From positions 376,273-440,272 of the forward strand of contig NW_005434605.1 of assembly GCF_000315625.1 (NCBI RefSeq): a stretch of DNA of 64,000 nucleotides, written 5' to 3'. Below the pieces are notes generated by a model. It was not told the DNA's origin. It did not search any database and worked only from the letters and a program-made list of their open reading frames with translations. Shown here one piece after another: positions 56,771-64,000 of the stretch; the stretch's first letter is position 1, and every line of letters starts with the position of its first letter. The DNA is from Guillardia theta CCMP2712. Taxonomy: Eukaryota > Protista > Cryptophyta. The position numbers and the translations under genes were made by a program.

Positions 56771-59700
56771 TTTAAGATTCCGATGATCTAGTAGTAACCA
56801 AGTCACTCCCCCTCTCCCTCAGCTCTTCTCTGACGCTCACCTGGAACGACCGAAGTACTCCGTGCTGTTTCCGCTCCCATACATGGCCGCGGCGATCGCC
56901 TGCAGAGGTCCTCCTCCTGTGCCTGGGGCTGGGTAGCCTCCGATTGGGATGCTTGCGTCGTCAGAGGACAAAGAGTCCCTCCGCTGCTTCCTGCTGCGCT
57001 CTTCAGAGGTGACTATGGTAACATAGAGCTTCCCCGCTTACCGTTGGGGCTTCGCTGCCTTGCCTTGCAGATTCTGCTGCTGCTCAATGTTCCTGGGCAA
57101 GACATCAGAGCCTTTTCATCACTGCAGGAGGGGAGACAAGGAAAGAGTCGGCTGCGAATGTCGACGCCCCTTGTTCTTGAGCAACCTTGCCTTGATCTGC
57201 AAGCAAGTGAGATCACACAGACAACCTCTCTACGCCACCTTTAATCTCCTCGCCATCTCGTTGAATTGTTTCTCATCCATAATGCGCCATTGGACCGTAT
57301 CCTGCTCTGACTTTTTCTCTGGATGCTCCTGCTCTTCACGATCAAACGCGATAAAAGATCAACTCAATCTTGTCTTGCCTTCGTGGTCTCGGTCTGGGCA
57401 GCCTCATGCTGGTCTGACTTAGACGAAGCCGCGTTGATCAGCTTGATGCTCGATTCCTTTGACGGCGAGATGCTTGAAGATTGACTCATCTTGAGTTCCT
57501 CCCCGTCAATGTTGGTGAGATCTAGCTCTTCGACTCCTTCGTGCTTGGGTTGCACAACTTTCATAAACCTTGAAACATTTCAAGTCAAGACCGATGCACG
57601 AACCAGAGACTCGGATCGCAAGGCATACTTGTGCTTCAAAAGAGCATCAACATCCTGTAACACCAGACCCAAAAAGTTAAGTGCGCCTAAGGTTTTCGCA
57701 ACAACTTACCGGACGATCAGCAGGATTCCGTCGACAGCAAAGCAGCAAGAAGTCTTTCGCCTCCTGAAATTCCAGTAAGAGGATCATTGTGGAAACGAAC
57801 TTCAGATTGCCTCTGACAAGGTCTTCTCATCGAAAGGAGGGTGCTCGTCTGTCGAAGTAATTCTGATAAGCACTGCGTAATGATTGTCCAGCTCGTTGTA
57901 CGGAGGTTTCCCACTTGCCATCTACAAGACAGTCATCACCTCACACGCACCAAGCGTGGGATCACCTGCAATACAGTACAGCCGATGCTCCAGATGTCTG
58001 ACTTCTTGCTGTATCTCTGCTCCTTGATCACCTACGTCCAGCAACCTCGTCATACGTCACTGAGATCCGCACGAAACCTCTCAACCTCGGGGGGCATAAA
58101 GACAGGAGTTCCTCTGAGGCTCAAGGAGGCCGCATTGTTGTCGCCAGCATTCACCGACTAGAGAGATGAAATGAGCATCGCTTCACTCTGACGTATCAAC
58201 ACAACATTGAGGTATCTTGAACTTCCAAAATCAGCAAGTTTGCAAACTCCGCGATTGTCAACCAAGATATTCTGTCCTTTGATATCCCTATGAACAGTCA
58301 AACACAATTCTTATCCGTTCAAGCAGCACCCACCTATGTATGATTCCCCTGCTATGTAGATACTGCAAACCAGCAAGCACTTCCCTTGTGTACCTGCACG
58401 TGCACGTCCACGGAGTCAAGAAAATGAAATTCAAGAAGTACAATTTCTATCTGCTTCTCACTTTCTCACAACAGTGTCAACAAGTGGGCCAAATCTGGAC
58501 ACCAAATCTGCTACGGACCCACCTAAGCACATTATTGCATCAAATAAATGATTTCAGTTCAACGCGTCAAGCTTTAGGCAAAATATTGATCACCAGGCAT
58601 GTGCTCTAAAAAAATAGATAACTCATTGTTGACACTGTTTCGTTCAGTTCCAAGATATCTGTTCAATATGTTATGAGGCAGATCGGAAGATTTGACTTAT
58701 CCTATACTTGACGATGTTGACATGGTCCAGCGTTGCAAGAAGTGCTATCTCTCTTTCCAGCTGTGAAGGTACAAGTTTCAAAACCAAGATGCTGAAGAAC
58801 TTTGTCCAATAAGACAATCTACCTGTACTACTTCTTCGCTTCTTTCCTTGCTTACGAATACGACCTAAAAATTTTGAATTCCAAGCCAACAATTGAGTAT
58901 TGCTATTTCACCTGCTTTACTACGAAGAGCTCTCCAGAATCAAGGTTCATGCCCAAGTAAACCTTCACATGTTGCATGAGATACTCAATGACATACAAAT
59001 GGAAAAGATTAAGAATAACATCTATGGCTAGCAAGCCATACCCTTCCAAACGAACCAAACCCGATCAAATTCCCACGTTGCCAACGGACAATCGATCCTG
59101 ATTCATGATCAAGAGAGGACATGATCGCAGTGGATATCCTACCAATCTGTCGAATTTTGCCCTCCGGCAATTCTTCAAGTTCTTCCAAGAGCATTTCTAC
59201 AGACAGCATTCAAAACCATAGATAGCTTTGATTCTGATTCTGCTGCAGAATTGAAACCGTCATTTTTCACCTGGTTCATCTTCTACGAATGGAACGACTT
59301 CATCATGCATTCCATGTTGATCATCCGCTTCGTCATCTTCACTCCTTGGTCCAGCTTCCTTCCCTCTGGTCATTTCAACCGGCTGTTGTTTCGATTTCGG
59401 CTGCAACAAAGAAAGAAAAATTCACCATATGCACTACTTCGAATTTACACAACCGGCTCAAGCAACACACGTTTTTCATGTGTCTCCAGTGTACCGATAC
59501 TTTTGACACTGTCTGATTTTTCAAGTTCCTGGACAAGAAAGGAATCAAAAACCATCTCGAGCGCTCTCGGAGACAATACCTTTGAAATCTCCTCTTTGTA
59601 CCCTGGTGACATCTTTCGAATACTTTCAGCTGTTTCTCGCCTCAAGCTCTTTAGGATTTCATTTCTCGTCCGATAGGTCTCTTGCCGTAGCGGTGATGAC

Positions 59701-60235
59701 GTCTTGCTCTTGCCCGATGCACTCTCTTTGTCAGGGTCTAGCTTTGCTGCTGAGTCCTCCTTGTAAACATTGATTTGATTGTGTGAACGGGCAACATTCT
59801 GCTGTAAACGAGAAGAATGCTGATGGGCCATACGGGGTCCAATAGCCTCTAAACTGCGCGATCTATCAGGCTTGTCAGCCCTTTCATCATAATATCTTCT
59901 TTCCTGCAACGCACCGATCACTCAAGCGAGACTACGGACAAACAACTTTATACCAACGGGTTGTGAGTGGACCATTGTCCAGGCTTCATCATCTTCGCAT
60001 TGGTCGGAGAGTTTTTAGGAGTTGCAGCAGCTGAAGCCAAGTGATGGCGGTGGGAGAGGTCATGCCCGTCGACTGACAACCTCGAGCTGTGCCGGTTGCT
60101 CAAGTTCTTCTCCGAGTGCGCTCGAGCTACTGGATGCCGAGAATGAGACTTCAAGCGTACTTCCAGCTCATGGTCTTTCCAGTCGCTCCTTTCCTTCCAA
60201 CCTGAGCCTCCGAGAGCACTGGGGAACCCGCCCAT
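56771..60235 (-). CDS. STE11/MEKK-type MAP kinase kinase kinase, multi-exon
   Basis: [87 protein letters not shown]. True start may lie up to ~60440; both ends approximate. Confidence 0.85.
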
Positions 60236-61394
60236 CTTGTCTCTGACCTCGAGGAGGAAGCTGAGGGCTGATGAGAGGTGAGAATGATTAGCGTGCCTTC
60301 ATCGCAGAGCTGTCAAGAGGATTCTCAATGAGCTCTTTTCATGTTCCCCTAATATCTCGTTTCCTCTCATGACGCTTTTCCTCTGCTCATGCCGCCGTCG
60401 CCTCCTCCTCCTCTGCCCATTTCGGCTCTGGCTGCATCCATGTCGCGCCTTTGGTTGAATCGAACCAACTCAGTTGGTTCAATCAAAACAAACCGCTTCC
60501 ACGACCAGCGAAGTGTCGCTGAAGGGGTGGGGGTACTTTTGTCCACCCCTCCGTTACCTAGCGATCAAGGGGTTTTGAAGGGGTACTCTATGAATGAGGA
60601 CGCCAATAGGAATAAAAAACACATTTGGAGGGTGGGAATGTGGTAGAGAACAGGAACGAGAGGGTGGGGTGATCTAACGGTCTCTACTGGGGTAGGGTAG
60701 GTATAATAAGTCACTGAGTACCGCACAATCAGGGCCCATACAGTCACTCATATCTCCGGGGCAATAAAGGGGGTAGGGTACTTGACCCCACCACCCCTGA
60801 GTCTTACAAGAGCGAACACTGACTTGAGCAAAAGCTGGAGGCTTGAAAGTTATCAATCAGTACCCCTTGATTTCCAGTATGAAGGAGGGGTGGTAGAGGA
60901 AACACATATCCCGTGGTCCTCCAATCGGGGCCGTATTGAATCGGTTTAAACCACAACATCTGTCCGATTCAATTCATTCCACTCGGAGCCTCGGAGCAGC
61001 CTGTGCCACGGTGCCGAGTTCCCGGGCCCGGGCCCGGCGGCCGGCCGCCGCCGCAGCGCCGCCAGGCCCCCGGCCCGCCACCAGCCTGAGGCCGCCGCCC
61101 GGCAGGGCGTGGCCTGAGGCAGCCCGCCCGGCTGCGGCGTCACGGTCCGACACACACAGTTCCTGCAGTGCTTTCTTCTGCCAGGCTTGGCGCCGCGGTA
61201 CGGTACTCAGGCTGCATCCCGGCGAGTCCTGCCACCGACACTGCCTCTCCGGGCCGAGTCCGGGTATCTAACGGACATCATTCGCAAGTTCCTGGCATGC
61301 ATGATGGACCGTACTATCCAGACTGCTGAGCCTCCTGATTCCCGGTCAGTCCTACAGGCCCTGTCCGGGCCTCCTCAGTCCTGAGTCAATGTAC

Positions 61395-64000
61395 TTAAGT
61401 TCGGGCGTCTGTCAAGGCGATCGTTCCCTCCAGCGTACTCTTCTGCCACAGCATCCACCTGACAACGTCGTCATTGTTGGGCCACTCGAGGATGCCGTTA
61501 TTTAGGGCTTGAAGCACTTCTCGAGCCAGAGGACAGCTCCTCCTCGGACCGTTTGTCGAGTCGCCCGAGGAGGAGTCTTCGCCGGAGGTCTCCGACTCCG
61601 ATGGGGGAAACTCTTCGAGTGGCGCCGACGACCGGCGCGGAGCTGGCAAGGCGTCTCCGTCCCTCACTGTGACGTCGGGTGCCTCCGGAGAGCTCGACAC
61701 CACTGGGGTGCTTGCTGCTGGCCCGAGCTCGCCTGCTTCCTCCCCGGCATCGGTCGGGTCCCGCCGGTCCTTGGGATACAATGGATTTACTGGCAGAAGG
61801 TAAAAAGTGCCTCAAGCAAAACAAAGCAGGAACAAGCTAAACCTCCTGGCACACAGCGCACAGCGAGAAGCTGCACAATCACACACAAAACACACCAGCA
61901 CTGCTGGCACCCAGACGCGGCATCGCCAGCCCAAGCGCGAAGCCGCGCAGACAAGCAGCCTAAGGGTCANNNNNNNNNNNNNNNNNNNNNNNNNNNNNNN
62001 NNNNNNNNNNNNNNNNNNNNNNNNNNNNNNNNNNNNNNNNNNNNNNNNNNNNNNNNNNNNNNNNNNNNNGCATGCAGGAGGAATAAAATCCCTTAGACCC
62101 GATACCCGGAGGCAGCCGACTGACCACTGTCAGTCGAGACGTCCGCTGCCGCCACAAAGCGGGTGGCCGCGGACGGAGAAAGGGCAGCCGCCGACAAGGA
62201 GCCGGCGTTGCCCGGGGGTCCGCCTGGGGCAGCGGACGGAGGGAGGCTGGACACAGGAACACGGTACCGCTCGAGGTAGTNNNNNNNNNNNNNNNNNNNN
62301 NNNNNNNNNNNNNNNNNNNNNNNNNNNNNNNNNNNNNNNNNNNNNNNNNNNNNNNNNNNNNNNNNNNNNNNNNNNNNNNNNNNNNNNNNNNNNNNNNNNN
62401 NNNNNNNNNNNNNNNNNNNNNNNNNNNNNNNNNNNTCGAGCTCTCCGGAGGCACCCGACGTCACAGTGAGGGACGGAGACGCTTCTTGGGCATTGCTGCG
62501 ACGTCGCCGCCAGCACGGGCGGTCACCGGGTGTTGGTTTCGGCTACCGCTGACTCGGAGCGGCTAGCGAGGAGGACTACCTCGAGCGGTACCGTGTTCCT
62601 GTGTCCAGCCTCCCTCCGTCCGCTGCCCCAGGCGGACCCCCGGGCAACGCCGGCTCCTTGTCGGCGGCTGCCNNNNNNNNNNNNNNNNNNNNNNNNNNNN
62701 NNNNNNNNNNNNNNNNNNNNNNNNNNNNNNNNNNNNNNNNNNNNNNNNNNNNNNNNNNNNNNNNNNNNNNNNGTGGCGGCAGCGGACGTCTCGACTGACA
62801 GTGGTCAGTCGGCTGCCTCCGGGTATCGGGTCTAAGGGATTTTATTCCTCCTGCATGCTCCTGCTGCCTGTTGCTTGATTGCTTGACCCTTAGGCTGCTT
62901 GTCTGCGCGGCTTCGCGCTTGGGCTGGCGGTGCCGCGTCTGGTTGCCAGCAGTGCTGGTTCTTTTCGGGCTTGTGTTTTGTGTGTGATTGTGCAGCTTCT
63001 CGCTGTGCGCTGTGTGCCAGGAGGTTTAGCTTGTTCCACTGTCCCTCTTTAGCTTGTTCCTGCTTTGTTTTGCTTGAGGCACTTTTTACCTTCTGCCAGT
63101 AAATCCGTCCCCGTCGAGGATCCCCGACTGTATCGATGACGCTTTGAAGACCAGCTTCGTTCAGCATTGACCGAATCGTACGAGTAAGGTTGTCATGCGC
63201 CGTGGGAGGATCGGCGTTTGCAGGTCTGGAGATGATGTGCAGCAACGGAGGGATCGAGCTCGCGCTGACATCCATCACATTCCGTCGGACACTGGCAGAT
63301 CGGAGATAGCAGTCGAGCATCTGAGCATAGCGGTGCGGGAAGTGGCACACAGCGCACAGCGAGAAGCTGCACAATCACACACAAAACACAAGCCCGAAAA
63401 GAACCAGCACTGCTGGCACCCAGACGCGGCAGCGCCAGCCCAAGCGCGAAGCCGCGCAAGGGGGGGTAGTAGCTCGAGACTCGCATCGGAGAGTGGCTCA
63501 GGTCTCGCTCAGGAAAATGAGCAAAGATGGTAGACTGCAAGACCCTATCCTGCGACTTGAGCGAGTCCTGGGTCGGATGCGAGTATGTCCTTCGGCTGTG
63601 CAAGGTGAGGATATCACGCTGCTGATCGGTCAGCGCAGCGCGAGCATGCACATGGCGAGGGAAGACGCGCATGACAAGAGGAGTCACATTGCGCTGCGCA
63701 GGCGGAGGAATGAAGTGCTCATGAGACGAGTCGACGAGAGAGCGCAAACCAGGGATGTGTACCACAGAGTGTCGGCTGCTTTGTTTTGCTTGAGGCACTT
63801 TTTACCTTCTGCCGGCTGCCCTTTCTCCGTCCGCGGCCACCCGCTTTGTGGCGGCAGCGGACGTCTCGACTGACAGTGGTCAGTCGGCTGCCTCCGGGTA
63901 TCGGGTCTAAGGGATTTTATTCCTCCTGCATGCTCCTGCTGCTTGTTGCTTGATTGCTTGACCCTTAGGCTGCAACTCGGTACGGTCTGCGCGCTTCGCG
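61395..64000. mobile_element. Scrambled, gapped cluster of repeated modules, probably non-LTR retroelement fragments
   Basis: Segment ~61786-62280 recurs inverted at ~62575-63106 and partly at 63345-63457 and 63775-63972; ~61650-61697 recurs inverted at ~62436-62482; broken ORF pieces; gaps at 61970-62069, 62281-62435 and 62673-62771. The element class is inferred. Confidence 0.5.

Noticed and set aside
61786-63972. CRISPR-like or LTR interpretation of the repeated modules
   Set aside because: Repeats are long, variably oriented and lack regular spacers; no TG..CA termini, primer-binding site or target-site duplication was seen.

Overview
Gene-dense eukaryotic nuclear DNA with many short (~45-120 nt) GT-AG introns, a few GC-AG introns, CTGAC/CTGAN branch points and microsatellite-filled introns. 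Two proteins carry signal peptide + Phe-led transit peptides, pointing to an alga with a red-derived complex plastid; the overall style resembles the cryptophyte Guillardia theta (inference). About 14 genes were reconstructed by hand: an ABM-like/cysteine dioxygenase fusion, a long GT15 mannosyltransferase, EAF, an orphan, a multi-GAF protein, a nucleoredoxin-like protein, a large secreted beta-rich protein, a plastid-targeted orphan, a RING-H2 protein, STN1, VPS41, a ~15 kb dynein heavy chain-like gene, a plastid SAM methyltransferase and a MAP3K. The last 2.6 kb is a gapped mosaic of repeated, inverted, retroelement-like modules. Most notable: (1) non-coding islands depleted in GpC but not CpG and rich in GGGGT/ACCCC and GTAC, next to GGCC/CCGG-rich caps, suggesting a localized GpC-directed C->T process; (2) a dynein heavy chain whose AAA1 catalytic motifs are erased; (3) a recurrent GTAACG motif upstream of genes. 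Gene ends and exon borders are manual estimates.
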